A DNA stretch of 64,000 nucleotides from a virus, in IMG/VR virus record IMGVR_UViG_3300030118_001869, positions 32,001 through 96,000 of that record; one strand, 5' to 3'. The notes under the pieces were generated by a model. The model ran no database searches and was not told where the DNA came from. It was given only the letters and a program-made list of their open reading frames with translations. Both the position numbers and the translations under genes were made by a program. Below are positions 38,658 to 47,785 of the stretch, one piece after another; positions within the stretch are counted from its first letter, which is position 1; every line of letters begins with the position of its first letter.

Positions 38658-39119
38658 CTAGTGGTCATATGTTCCACCTAGTTGTCCCATTCTAACATGT
38701 ATAAGTCTCTGTGGAAGAACCTTATCATTATAGATTGTTTCTCCTATGGAAGAATACTCTTCTGTTGTCCTTTGATGGTAATCTAAATTCCATTTACCTG
38801 TTGTAACATCTATATGCATAGTACCATAGCCACCTTCATTATTAACCCAGTCACCATGTTTACAAGCATGATCATCTACAAATTCATAGAATAAATCTCT
38901 TATTTGATTATCAAATTCTTGTGGATTATCTGCTTGGTATGCATCAGACCATGAACTGTTACCATTCATATCTGTAAATTCTATATCATCTATGTCACCA
39001 CTATCACCAGATCCTGAGAAATTAATGCTTATTTGCTTTACTCCTCTGTCTTTTAGTGCTAGTAGTAGAGACGCTTTTATTATTTTTTCTTGTTCTTTGT
39101 CTACTTGCTGGTATAACAT
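38658..39119 (-). CDS. DUF6878-like acidic protein
   Basis: FSGSGDSGDI and DWVNNEGGYG motifs. Confidence 0.7.
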   Translation of the reverse strand: MLYQQVDKEQEKIIKASLLLALKDRGVKQISINFSGSGDSGDIDDIEFTDMNGNSSWSDAYQADNPQEFDNQIRDLFYEFVDDHACKHGDWVNNEGGYGTMHIDVTTGKWNLDYHQRTTEEYSSIGETIYNDKVLPQRLIHVRMGQLGGTYDH

Positions 39120-39492
39120 TTTCTTCTTCTTTTAAAATTTCTATAAATACACCTGGATTTACTTTATCATATCTATATTCAGGGAATACAGGTATCATAT
39201 GATGCATATCATCATCTTCAATCCATCCGTGCTTTACCATGTCATCCTGTATTGTTTGTGCAGGATTTATATAGTCAAATTTGTGTCTGGTACCTCTAAT
39301 AAAAGTGAATGCTATTCTAACAGGTAGTTTATGATTCTCAAGTTCCTTTGCAAATAAAGGCCCATAAGATTCAAAATACTGTTTTGTTTTCTTCCTGTAA
39401 TTCATTACAGTCTTACTTGCTATAAAGTATTTACCTGTCCATCTTCTTCCATTTTTACTACTTGGTACATTACCGGGTATAAACCATTTCAT
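39022..39492 (-). CDS. RusA-like Holliday junction resolvase
   Basis: PGNVPSSKN, then FDY.N....QD......IEDDD. Confidence 0.7.
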   Translation of the reverse strand: MKWFIPGNVPSSKNGRRWTGKYFIASKTVMNYRKKTKQYFESYGPLFAKELENHKLPVRIAFTFIRGTRHKFDYINPAQTIQDDMVKHGWIEDDDMHHMIPVFPEYRYDKVNPGVFIEILKEEENVIPASRQRTRKNNKSVSTTSTKRQRSKANKH

Positions 39493-39494
39493 AT

Positions 39495-40472
39495 TTATTG
39501 TTTTAATGTATGTATCAAAAGTTTTCTAAGGGAAGCATTTATTGTTTGAGCAGTGTATTGCTTTACAGCATCTGAAATATCTTTACATTTATTCAGTGTG
39601 CAGCCATCTAGGTTATACATCTCTTTATATTTCTGTATAGCTTTCTTGCCTGCATCATCATTATCAAACAATGTTATTACTTTCTTATACTTTTTCTTTA
39701 AATTTTCAACAATATAAGGTTTTATTATGGTATTTTCACTGTCTGGTGCAATAACTTCAAGTTTGTAGCCGAAGCTCTTGAGGCACATTGCATCCTTGAG
39801 TGAAGAACAAATGACTAAATAAGGCTGAGAGAAGTCTAGTTGATCATACCCTTGTAGATATGATTTAACTTTGTGAAACTTATGCTTCTTAGATAGTGGT
39901 TGATATATCTTATAGACATTACCTTCTTTATCAAAGTAACCGTACATATATCTTCCTTCTATTTTAAGAGACTTAACTTCACCATCCTCTTCCTTAACCA
40001 TATTATAGTATTCTATAGGTCTAACATTATACTTACCTAGTAGACTACTACCAATATTATATGCTAACCAGTATTGTGCATCATGATCTGACCATGTTCT
40101 TTCTTTAACAAAGTCTATTTCCCATTTTGCAGCTACTTTAAACTTAGTATTATTAAAGTCATCTGTTTTAGCATACTTATTATAATCCTCAACTATCTTA
40201 CTTACAGCCTGAGAATATTCTAAATCAAACAAATCTTTGACAAGATCTATTTTACTACCGTACTTACCAGTGGAAAAGTCTTTATACTTGTATTGCATTA
40301 TGGACTTATCTACAAAGATACACATAGATGCAGTTCTCTCAGAAGGATTAAAGATAGATTTAATCTTTATGTCCTGACCCGTGAGTTTCTCTGGTAATTC
40401 TAAGTAATGTTGGAATACCCAGTAACTGGGTACATTTGATTCACTAGATACTAAATTCTTTGTATTAAACAT
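39495..40472 (-). CDS. DNA primase (TOPRIM), crAss-type
   Basis: Start moved to MFNTKN. KIYQP, ICSSLKD, SEN, LFDNDDAG and KDISD motifs. Confidence 0.85.
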   Translation of the reverse strand: MFNTKNLVSSESNVPSYWVFQHYLELPEKLTGQDIKIKSIFNPSERTASMCIFVDKSIMQYKYKDFSTGKYGSKIDLVKDLFDLEYSQAVSKIVEDYNKYAKTDDFNNTKFKVAAKWEIDFVKERTWSDHDAQYWLAYNIGSSLLGKYNVRPIEYYNMVKEEDGEVKSLKIEGRYMYGYFDKEGNVYKIYQPLSKKHKFHKVKSYLQGYDQLDFSQPYLVICSSLKDAMCLKSFGYKLEVIAPDSENTIIKPYIVENLKKKYKKVITLFDNDDAGKKAIQKYKEMYNLDGCTLNKCKDISDAVKQYTAQTINASLRKLLIHTLKQ

Positions 40473-40487
40473 CTTTGATTTTTTATT

Positions 40488-40593
40488 ATAATAAATACCA
40501 GGCTGGGCCTTGGTCACGCAACTGTAGTTTGACTCCAATTAAGCTGCTGCTGCCACGTCTGGACTGACACCAGTAAGCACCTGGATTTATTAC
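40488..40593 (-). ncRNA. Candidate structured RNA between the SSB-like gene and primase
   Basis: GC-rich island. Outer stem TAATAAAT-CCAGG / CCTGG-T-ATTTATTA encloses further helices. Confidence 0.45.
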
Positions 40594-40599
40594 TATATA

Positions 40600-41277
40600 T
40601 TATAAATCAAAGTCATCTCCAGCATTTACTGTTGTTGCTGGCTCAAAGTTTGTATTTGTAGTAGACCCCTCTTTCTTTTGAATTTTTCTTACATGATCTG
40701 TTTCATTAAATGTAAGAAGTCTAGAGTTCTCTTTGTCTAGTGCTTCTAATGGAACACCATCTTTTGACATACGTGGTAAGAACAAGTCAAGGTTTATATA
40801 ACCATCTTTATTCTCCCATTCTCTACCACCAATACAAGCATTAAAGAACTCACTGTTAGAGAATAAATTATTACACTCTACCATAAAGTCTTCAATAGTT
40901 TTAGCTTCAATCTTATCAAGATCCTCTCTTTTATTTAATACTTCACTTAAGAAAATCATAGCCTTCAATACTTCATTATCTCTTTTGATTTCTATACCGC
41001 TTGGTAATGTAGTATCTTTATAAGGATATGGTGAGAATCTTACTCTACCTACTTGACCTGCATATCTTGGGCCATTAGGATTATTTACATCTTTTAGAAA
41101 ACCTTGGAAGTCTGACTCCTCTGGTTTACCTTCTACATGTAATACAATATTATATGCATCTGGATCATATGGTGTAACGTCAAATGTAATTGAGTTAATC
41201 TTGATTACATTATTACCTGATCCCATCACTGGTTTAATTCTGCCACTACCGGCAGACATGTCTTTTGTACTTAACAT
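40600..41277 (-). CDS. Putative single-stranded DNA-binding protein
   Basis: Lies between the Sak4-like ATPase and primase. Has a flexible linker and an acidic tail GDDFDL. Confidence 0.55.
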   Translation of the reverse strand: MLSTKDMSAGSGRIKPVMGSGNNVIKINSITFDVTPYDPDAYNIVLHVEGKPEESDFQGFLKDVNNPNGPRYAGQVGRVRFSPYPYKDTTLPSGIEIKRDNEVLKAMIFLSEVLNKREDLDKIEAKTIEDFMVECNNLFSNSEFFNACIGGREWENKDGYINLDLFLPRMSKDGVPLEALDKENSRLLTFNETDHVRKIQKKEGSTTNTNFEPATTVNAGDDFDL

Positions 41278-41296
41278 ACTCTTAAAATTTAATTAA

Positions 41297-41980
41297 TTAA
41301 TTATTATACTTATCTATGCATTCATTCACGTATGCAAGATCATTTGGTATGAATCCATCATCAAACATACCCATTGGAGATTTACATGTGTTCTCTCCAT
41401 TGTTTTGAGTGTCAAAGCCATAGTGGTAAACACCCTTATCATCTTTAACTACTTTCCCAAATAGGACAATACTAAAGAGACCCTCTAAAGTTAATGCATT
41501 ATCTATCATTTTACCAACAGTTTTTGCTTTAACTCTACGGTTACCATTAATATCAGTTGAATCTTCTGAGTGAGTCAAGAAGTATATAGTAAGATCATCT
41601 CTCATATCTTTAGGCATCTTTGCAATTTGTGCAAGGTTAGCCGCTATCTGAGTGAACTTATCATAGCCTTTCTCATTTGCTCTATCAAAGTATTCAAAAG
41701 AACTCATATATTGCCAGTCATCTACAACTAGTGTTTTGACATGTGGCATATTATCATTTACATGTTTCATTGCTTTGCCAATACCGGCAGCAGTAGAAAC
41801 AGCTACAAGATTACCCTTTGGATTATCTTTATTCATTGTTGTATACTTGCTCTTCCAACCTTTAAAAGGTAAAGGTTTGTTAGCAATGTTGATTATAACA
41901 GTTGACTTTGGATCTAAGTTCCTCATACTAGTTGACTTACCAGTTCCTGAGTCAGCAATAATTAATACAGATTGTGCCAT
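41297..41980 (-). CDS. Sak4/AAA_24-like P-loop ATPase (recombinase)
   Basis: ADSGTGKST, VVDD, LTH, KTVGKM and CKSPMGMF. Confidence 0.8.
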   Translation of the reverse strand: MAQSVLIIADSGTGKSTSMRNLDPKSTVIINIANKPLPFKGWKSKYTTMNKDNPKGNLVAVSTAAGIGKAMKHVNDNMPHVKTLVVDDWQYMSSFEYFDRANEKGYDKFTQIAANLAQIAKMPKDMRDDLTIYFLTHSEDSTDINGNRRVKAKTVGKMIDNALTLEGLFSIVLFGKVVKDDKGVYHYGFDTQNNGENTCKSPMGMFDDGFIPNDLAYVNECIDKYNN

Positions 41981-42511
41981 TTAATTCATCTTATTTAAAA
42001 TGTGATACATAGTTTTATTTATAGCTTGTAAAGAAGCATTTATCTCTCCAAGCACATCCTTTACAGTAGGGTCTTTTTTATCATCAGGGTTTGCTAAATT
42101 AGCAAAGTCTTCTATAACTTTTGCTGCATTATCTGTGATATCTCTTACTACTACTAATTCACTGACAGGTATTAAGTGTCTCTGATATCCTGATTTGCTC
42201 TCTACAAGTTCATACTCTTGACGCCAATGTTTATTGTGCTTGTGTAGATACAGCGTTCTCTTTGGATCTTCAGATTCATAATCAATACTTACAAACTCAG
42301 TGTACACGTCCTTTTCTTTCTCTAATTCACTAGGAAAGAAGCTGACATGCAGTTCATCTTTACCTGGTGGCCTGTAAGCCATCTTCGGTATATATAGTGC
42401 ATCAGCCAAATTGTTCTCCTCAAAATACTTTTCATGTGTTTTGTAGAGTTCTTTGACTTTAGCTTTCCTTTCTTCTGGTGACATATAACTTTTATTTTTA
42501 GTACTTATCAT
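41981..42511 (-). CDS. Hypothetical protein
   Basis: 176-aa ORF directly downstream of the early motif. Confidence 0.75.
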   Translation of the reverse strand: MISTKNKSYMSPEERKAKVKELYKTHEKYFEENNLADALYIPKMAYRPPGKDELHVSFFPSELEKEKDVYTEFVSIDYESEDPKRTLYLHKHNKHWRQEYELVESKSGYQRHLIPVSELVVVRDITDNAAKVIEDFANLANPDDKKDPTVKDVLGEINASLQAINKTMYHILNKMN

Positions 42512-42540
42512 ATAATTATTTTATATACGTGCAACTGACA

Positions 42541-42562
42541 GCTGGGGAGAAATATAAATAGG
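42541..42562 (-). promoter_or_regulatory. Phage-specific early promoter-like motif, copy 2
   Basis: Minus strand CCTATTTATATTTCTCCCCAGC. Confidence 0.65.
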
Positions 42563-42578
42563 AACCCAAAAAGGTTCT

Positions 42579-43535
42579 TTATCTTCTCTCTTGCTGTTCA
42601 GGAGTTCTCATCTCTGCTATCTCCATTTGCTCAAACTTAGCTTTGAAGAAGCTCATACGTGCATCACCATTCCTTGCTTTAAGGAAATGTAATACCAACG
42701 TTCTATCATCCTCTATGATATACCTATCTGGTCCATAGTATCTGATCTTTTGTTTAGCTGGTCTGTTAATACCAATCAACGTATCAGCATGTTGTAACAT
42801 TGCATCTGAGCCAAATATATCTGACTCTAATACATAGTTACCATACTTACCATCAACACTCCTATCAGGATTATCAATGTTTCTGTTAAGTTGTGATATA
42901 ACAACAAACAAGCAAGGATACTCACGCTTTGTCTGTGTAAAGAACTCACCTAACTCAAATAGCATATCTAAGCTACTGTTTTGATAAGGTGCTCTCTTAA
43001 CAAGCATAGTGTGGTCCAATGTTATAATAGTGTTAGTACCTTTATGCATATTCATATACATATCTACCTGCTCACGCATCTGGTTCACAGTCATAGGTTT
43101 ACTAACAATATCTACAGGGTGCTTGACCCTTCCTTTAGCATATTCATGACATTTATTTAGAACATCTGTTTTTAGTTTGCTTCCTGCACTACATAATTCT
43201 TTATATGTTTTGCCTGTGATAGATGAGAACTCTCTGATTGCTGAGGTTCTACCTACCATCTCAAACTGAAACTCTAATACTCTAAAGTTGTCTGCTGGAT
43301 TTAATATAAATGATTCTCTTACTATCTGATCTTTGATAAGTGTTTTACCTGAACCAGGTCTACCACCTATAACAGTAAGTGTATTCCATTCTAATCCATC
43401 AGTTGTAGCATCATTAAACTTAGGCCAAGGAGTATATATAGACTTTTCTTCTCCAGTCTGTCTACGGTACATGTACTTAAGTGCTTCATTAAAAGCAGCG
43501 TACTGTCCAACCCAAGCTTCTTTTGCTTTTGCCAT
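42579..43535 (-). CDS. DnaB-like (SF4) replicative helicase, C-terminal domain only
   Basis: GGRPGSGKT, FEM, LDH, SQLNR, Q.AD and KARNG. Confidence 0.9.
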   Translation of the reverse strand: MAKAKEAWVGQYAAFNEALKYMYRRQTGEEKSIYTPWPKFNDATTDGLEWNTLTVIGGRPGSGKTLIKDQIVRESFILNPADNFRVLEFQFEMVGRTSAIREFSSITGKTYKELCSAGSKLKTDVLNKCHEYAKGRVKHPVDIVSKPMTVNQMREQVDMYMNMHKGTNTIITLDHTMLVKRAPYQNSSLDMLFELGEFFTQTKREYPCLFVVISQLNRNIDNPDRSVDGKYGNYVLESDIFGSDAMLQHADTLIGINRPAKQKIRYYGPDRYIIEDDRTLVLHFLKARNGDARMSFFKAKFEQMEIAEMRTPEQQERR

Positions 43536-44125
43536 TATACTACTTTTTCTTTAAAATGTTTATCTTCAGTATCAATACCTTCTTTTATTAAGTCACAGTA
43601 ATCTGCAAGAGTAGAATGTTTTACCCTATGTTTATCCTGTTTACTAATGAAGTATTGACTGGTCATCATATATTGATAGTCCTTATCTCTAAACTCATTA
43701 ACATACATTCTAGTAGCCTTAATTATCTCAGGCCATGTATAGTCATAAGTCTCAAAGAACCATCTAAATGAGCTACCTAATGCTTTTACATTCTGTCTAG
43801 CAGGTTTACCACTAGGTAGTTTTTTTGCTGGAAAGATTTCTCTGTACATATTTATCTTTTGTACAAAGTCTTTACCCATTAATTGAATATCTGTTTTCTT
43901 TTTTGCTTTCTTAAAATAGTTATCCAACTGAGTCATTATAGTCCTTGCCTTTTTGGTAATAGTATAATGCTCTTTATCTTCATTATATTCTATTAATCCT
44001 TTCTCTAGTAAGGTTTCTATACTGTGACCATAATGGGGTGTAACCTTCATATTAACTGCAAAGAGTGAAAGACACTCATTTGGAGTCATACCAGCCTTAG
44101 TAATAATCTGAAAAAATTCCCACAT
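43535..44125 (-). CDS. Hypothetical protein with winged-helix-like N-terminus (possible helicase loader/initiator)
   Basis: LLEKGLIE...YTIT pattern. Coupled to the helicase gene. Confidence 0.5.
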   Translation of the reverse strand: MWEFFQIITKAGMTPNECLSLFAVNMKVTPHYGHSIETLLEKGLIEYNEDKEHYTITKKARTIMTQLDNYFKKAKKKTDIQLMGKDFVQKINMYREIFPAKKLPSGKPARQNVKALGSSFRWFFETYDYTWPEIIKATRMYVNEFRDKDYQYMMTSQYFISKQDKHRVKHSTLADYCDLIKEGIDTEDKHFKEKVV

Positions 44126-44145
44126 ATGTTGGTTTTAGAGGTTAT

Positions 44146-44153
44146 CAAATATA
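44146..44153 (-). promoter_or_regulatory. Bacteroidota -7 element TATATTTG
   Basis: TAnnTTTG 20 nt upstream of the ATG at 44125. Confidence 0.55.
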
Positions 44154-44161
44154 CGAAATTG

Positions 44162-44848
44162 CTACCACTTAATCAAGTCTTTTCCTTGCCAAGTTAAGTA
44201 TTCATTTATACGATTGAATACGTCTTGATGATCCCACGTTCCACCTTTACGATAGGCAGCACTAGCAGGGTGTGATACCTCTAGCTTTGTGCCAAATGGG
44301 AAATACGATAGCCATTCCTGAGCTTTCTTTCCTAAACCAACTACAATGATATCTGGCCTAAGATTGCTAATCTCTGTAAGAAGAGAGGACATGAATGGTT
44401 TCCACATATCATAATGAGAGCCAACATTATTAACTTCTACAGTCATAGCTGTATTAAGTAACAATACGCCCTGGTCCGCCCATCTTCTTAAGTCTGGATC
44501 TGCATCTGGTGTGTCAAGTGCTTTAAATATATAGCGTAGAGAAGCTTCAGGCTTACCTTTCTTACTACAACTAAATGCAATACCGTCAGCAACATCAGGC
44601 TGAGGATAGGGGTCTTGCCCTATCATCACAACCTTCAGTTGATCAACCGGGCAATGTAGGAATGCATTATATGCATCACCATACCTTGGAGTAAATCTTA
44701 CTCCTGATTCATTAGCTGACTTTAAAGCTTTTACGACATTGTAATGATCAGTGGAATCAAGCCACGGGTTTAATATAGGAGCCCAATCTGAGCTGCTTAC
44801 CTTTTCTTTAATTTTACTAATTATATAAATTATATTTGGTTCATTCAT
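44162..44848 (-). CDS. ung: Uracil-DNA glycosylase (family 1)
   Basis: GQDPY, GIAFS, QGVLLLN and SHPAS. Confidence 0.93.
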   Translation of the reverse strand: MNEPNIIYIISKIKEKVSSSDWAPILNPWLDSTDHYNVVKALKSANESGVRFTPRYGDAYNAFLHCPVDQLKVVMIGQDPYPQPDVADGIAFSCSKKGKPEASLRYIFKALDTPDADPDLRRWADQGVLLLNTAMTVEVNNVGSHYDMWKPFMSSLLTEISNLRPDIIVVGLGKKAQEWLSYFPFGTKLEVSHPASAAYRKGGTWDHQDVFNRINEYLTWQGKDLIKW

Positions 44849-44866
44849 AAATTTTAAATACTTTTG
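44835..44866 (+). promoter_or_regulatory. Complete Bacteroidota primary-sigma promoter
   Basis: TTTG (44835-44838), 20-nt spacer, TACTTTTG (44859-44866). Confidence 0.65.
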
Positions 44867-44870
44867 TTTT

Positions 44871-45299
44871 ATGGCTAAATCAATGACTAAATTAAATCCT
44901 GGTGTAATTAAAGATGTTGTAGTGCATTCAGATTATATTGCTGCATTTCAATCTATAATGCTTTACTACGTTGACCAGGTATATCCAAAGTCTTCAGACT
45001 TAGCAGTTATACTGCAAAAGTTTAAAGGGATTATGGATGGCTCTATTGATATTAAAGATGCAAAACTAAAGTGGTATGAATATCATACTTGGATATTCTA
45101 CTCTATGTTGCAAACTCTAAGCACAAAAGCTGCTGAACAAGGTATGTATCAAGATACAGAAGTACAGTATGACGAAGATGTACTTGGTAAACTTACTAAA
45201 GCTATTCTTGAAAGAGATACCGAAAGTCAAAAAGAGTTATATGCAAAGTTCTTTAATGATATAGAAACAAAGCTAGACGCAGAAGAAAAATCATCTTAA
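44871..45299 (+). CDS. Hypothetical protein, lone + strand gene in the minus-strand block
   Basis: 142-aa ORF fills the gap exactly and has its own promoter. Confidence 0.75.
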   Translation: MAKSMTKLNPGVIKDVVVHSDYIAAFQSIMLYYVDQVYPKSSDLAVILQKFKGIMDGSIDIKDAKLKWYEYHTWIFYSMLQTLSTKAAEQGMYQDTEVQYDEDVLGKLTKAILERDTESQKELYAKFFNDIETKLDAEEKSS

Positions 45300-45674
45300 C
45301 TGCATTCCATTAAAATCTCCCATTTCTACTAGTGCTTGTATAACTAAGTTAAGTTCATCTCTATCACATTCTGCAAAGCTTTTACAATACTCTTGTTTAT
45401 CTCTGACAAAACATAATCCTGCTTTTCTTTTACACTGTAGTTTTACTTCTTCAAATGTATAACCTATATATTGAGCAAGTTCTCTGATCATAGCATGTAC
45501 TCTAGCCAATTGAGCATTACTACCTTTATCAGTACTAACTCCTATAAATATATCTATTGGACTACCGTCAGGTATTTCTTTCAGGAAAGAATTAAATCTC
45601 GTCTCTTGAGCCTTATTAGGAAAGTCCAGCTTGCCCTCTTTTACAACAAGCCTAGCATGCATATTATTCTTCAT
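45291..45674 (-). CDS. NinB/YbcN-like protein
   Basis: S.AQLAR.HAMIRELA...G...EEVK pattern. Confidence 0.55.
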   Translation of the reverse strand: MKNNMHARLVVKEGKLDFPNKAQETRFNSFLKEIPDGSPIDIFIGVSTDKGSNAQLARVHAMIRELAQYIGYTFEEVKLQCKRKAGLCFVRDKQEYCKSFAECDRDELNLVIQALVEMGDFNGMQLR

Positions 45675-45939
45675 GGTTTTCCTTTAATATTCTTTCATCA
45701 AGTTTCCATAGATCCAGTTCAGATTCTGCTAATTCTAAGAAAGGTAATATATCAACATCATGATAATTACCGTCTTTATCTTCAGCTAGACATCTAATCT
45801 CTTTAATTTCTACAGATGGTCCACTACCAGGATGACCTGGATCACCATTAGGATACGTATGTATCATAGGTTCACCTGGGTCATACTCATAGTGTACATC
45901 TAACCAAACTTTTTCTGTGAGTTCTAATGTATATATCAT
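45664..45939 (-). CDS. Hypothetical acidic protein
   Basis: YPNGDPGHPG motif. Overlaps both neighbours. Confidence 0.7.
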   Translation of the reverse strand: MIYTLELTEKVWLDVHYEYDPGEPMIHTYPNGDPGHPGSGPSVEIKEIRCLAEDKDGNYHDVDILPFLELAESELDLWKLDERILKENHEE

Positions 45940-46172
45940 TTGAATCTTAGTATTTCTCCATCAACATAGACAAACTCTTGACCGCATGCTAAACATCTAG
46001 CTTCAGTCTCATTACGTTCCATTGTTGTATTGGAGCAGTTTAAACAAGTATCTTCATTCCATGGAATAAACTCCTCACAAGTTTGTTTTGCCATCTCTTG
46101 AATAAATGCATCATGTGATCCATTGTACTCTCGGTCTAGCATTTCCATGTAGATTTCTTTCATTCTTCCCAT
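45936..46172 (-). CDS. Small Zn-ribbon protein
   Basis: Start moved to MGRMKE. CLNC...CLAC. Confidence 0.65.
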   Translation of the reverse strand: MGRMKEIYMEMLDREYNGSHDAFIQEMAKQTCEEFIPWNEDTCLNCSNTTMERNETEARCLACGQEFVYVDGEILRFK

Positions 46173-46176
46173 ATTA

Positions 46177-47295
46177 TTAAATTGGATTATAATATTTGAT
46201 TTTATTATTGTCAAAGTCTTTTAGTGCTTTCTGTACCCAAGTCTCATCCTGTGTGCCTTTGTAACACAATATGTGACATACTGCTGACTCAGATGGATTA
46301 AGTCTTAATAATCTACCTATCCTTTGAGCTGTCTTTCTTTCATTACCATATGCGTGCATTATAATACCCTGCTTTAACCCAGGGATAGTTACACCTTCTG
46401 ATAATTGTAAGACACAAGAAAGCTTATCTATTCTACCATCAGAGAATAACTGTAAGTTATCTTCTGATTGTGCATTCTTTGAGTGGTAACTGTGTCTACA
46501 TACTCTATCAGCTTGAGTCATAGTATTTGCAAATACAATACATTTTGTTTTTACTTTCCTAAGTAGGTCCTTTACATAGGTTTCTTTTGTATTGTAATCC
46601 ATCAAGGCTCTCATTCTCATTATAGATGCAAACTGCATCTGCTTTTGAGTCTGAGCTGCAATAACTCTTTGTACTACGTATGCATAATCTTTCTTCTCTG
46701 ATGTATACCAGTATCCGCCATCTTTCTTTTTCTTCTTCAATGTTTTAAGATCAGAGAGCTCTAATTCATGCACAACAATCTGATAATTGTTTAATATATT
46801 TGAGTCAGTAGCATTATCAACAGAGAATGTATACTTAATAGGACAATACTTCTGTACCATTCTAGCTTTCTCACTACCTTTTCTTCTTGGCGGGGTACCT
46901 GTAAGACCAAGTATCTTGCCTTTATAGTTACTAAGAAATAGTTCATGGTTCTCTAATAAACTATGACACTCATCTAGATATACAATATCATATATACCAG
47001 GGTCTTGTTTATTTATAGAAAGATATGTACTGAATCTAATATGCTGTAGTAGATTTGTATCACCCATCTTAGTTAGCTCATCAGTCCATGATTTTTTAAC
47101 TGAGTTCTTAGGTACTACTACAAGTACTAATATAAAGGGATCATAATTCTTTTTAAGATGCTCTATTGCAATACGTGTTTTACCAACACCCATTGATATC
47201 CCAAGACCACACCTTTTATGTTGCATTGTTACTTTTAATGCTTCTGCCTGTACAACCTCTCTGGTCATAGAAACAGTTTTATTATATACTTCCAT
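46177..47295 (-). CDS. SF2 DExH helicase
   Basis: MGVGKT, DECH, LTGT, LSEG and QRIGRLLR. Start uncertain (47295 or 47268). Confidence 0.88.
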   Translation of the reverse strand: MEVYNKTVSMTREVVQAEALKVTMQHKRCGLGISMGVGKTRIAIEHLKKNYDPFILVLVVVPKNSVKKSWTDELTKMGDTNLLQHIRFSTYLSINKQDPGIYDIVYLDECHSLLENHELFLSNYKGKILGLTGTPPRRKGSEKARMVQKYCPIKYTFSVDNATDSNILNNYQIVVHELELSDLKTLKKKKKDGGYWYTSEKKDYAYVVQRVIAAQTQKQMQFASIMRMRALMDYNTKETYVKDLLRKVKTKCIVFANTMTQADRVCRHSYHSKNAQSEDNLQLFSDGRIDKLSCVLQLSEGVTIPGLKQGIIMHAYGNERKTAQRIGRLLRLNPSESAVCHILCYKGTQDETWVQKALKDFDNNKIKYYNPI

Positions 47296-47359
47296 AGTAA
47301 ATAAGTGAATGTTAGTACGAATGACCATACTAATATTGCTAAATAATTAGGTTCTCTTT

Positions 47360-47785
47360 TCATAATCTTGATTCTGTATATCCAAATTGTTCTGCCGCAC
47401 TTGGATTTTCTTCTATCCATGTATGACAATTTCTACAAACTGATAACCATGTAGTGGTATCTAAATGATACTTACCTCTACCTTTCATATGATGTATCTC
47501 TGTAGCCTTTACACTACATCTAGGAAGTCCTGCTTGACAAACAGGATGCTGATCCAAGAAGGCTTTACGTAAAACGCTGTAAGCCCTCTCAGTCTTTTGC
47601 ATCTTAGAAGACATTTGTCTAATCTTCTTTCTAGGTTTGTTAAACTTTCTGTAATAGTCAGATTTAAAATTATCTTCTTGCTTAATTTTAAACCAACATA
47701 TCTTACAGTACTTCCTGCCTTTGTCATTCTTCCATATAAACTGTTCAGTTTCACAAGAATAACACTTCTTTTTCTTTGCTTTCAT
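47360..47785 (-). CDS. HNH endonuclease with N-terminal Zn finger
   Basis: CYSC/CKIC, then C..C...EIHH...VCRNCH. Confidence 0.8.
   Translation of the reverse strand: MKAKKKKCYSCETEQFIWKNDKGRKYCKICWFKIKQEDNFKSDYYRKFNKPRKKIRQMSSKMQKTERAYSVLRKAFLDQHPVCQAGLPRCSVKATEIHHMKGRGKYHLDTTTWLSVCRNCHTWIEENPSAAEQFGYTESRL

Noticed and set aside
39495-40472. Inactive primase (SSLKD in place of the EG..D TOPRIM motif)
   Set aside because: The DxD motif is intact and this variant is, as I recall, typical of crAss-like primases.
40488-40593. tmRNA or SRP RNA
   Set aside because: The AAAA-stop frame and GUCAG...AGCAGC are suggestive. However, there is no tRNA-like acceptor/T arm, and the SRP symmetric loop register and GNRA loop do not match.
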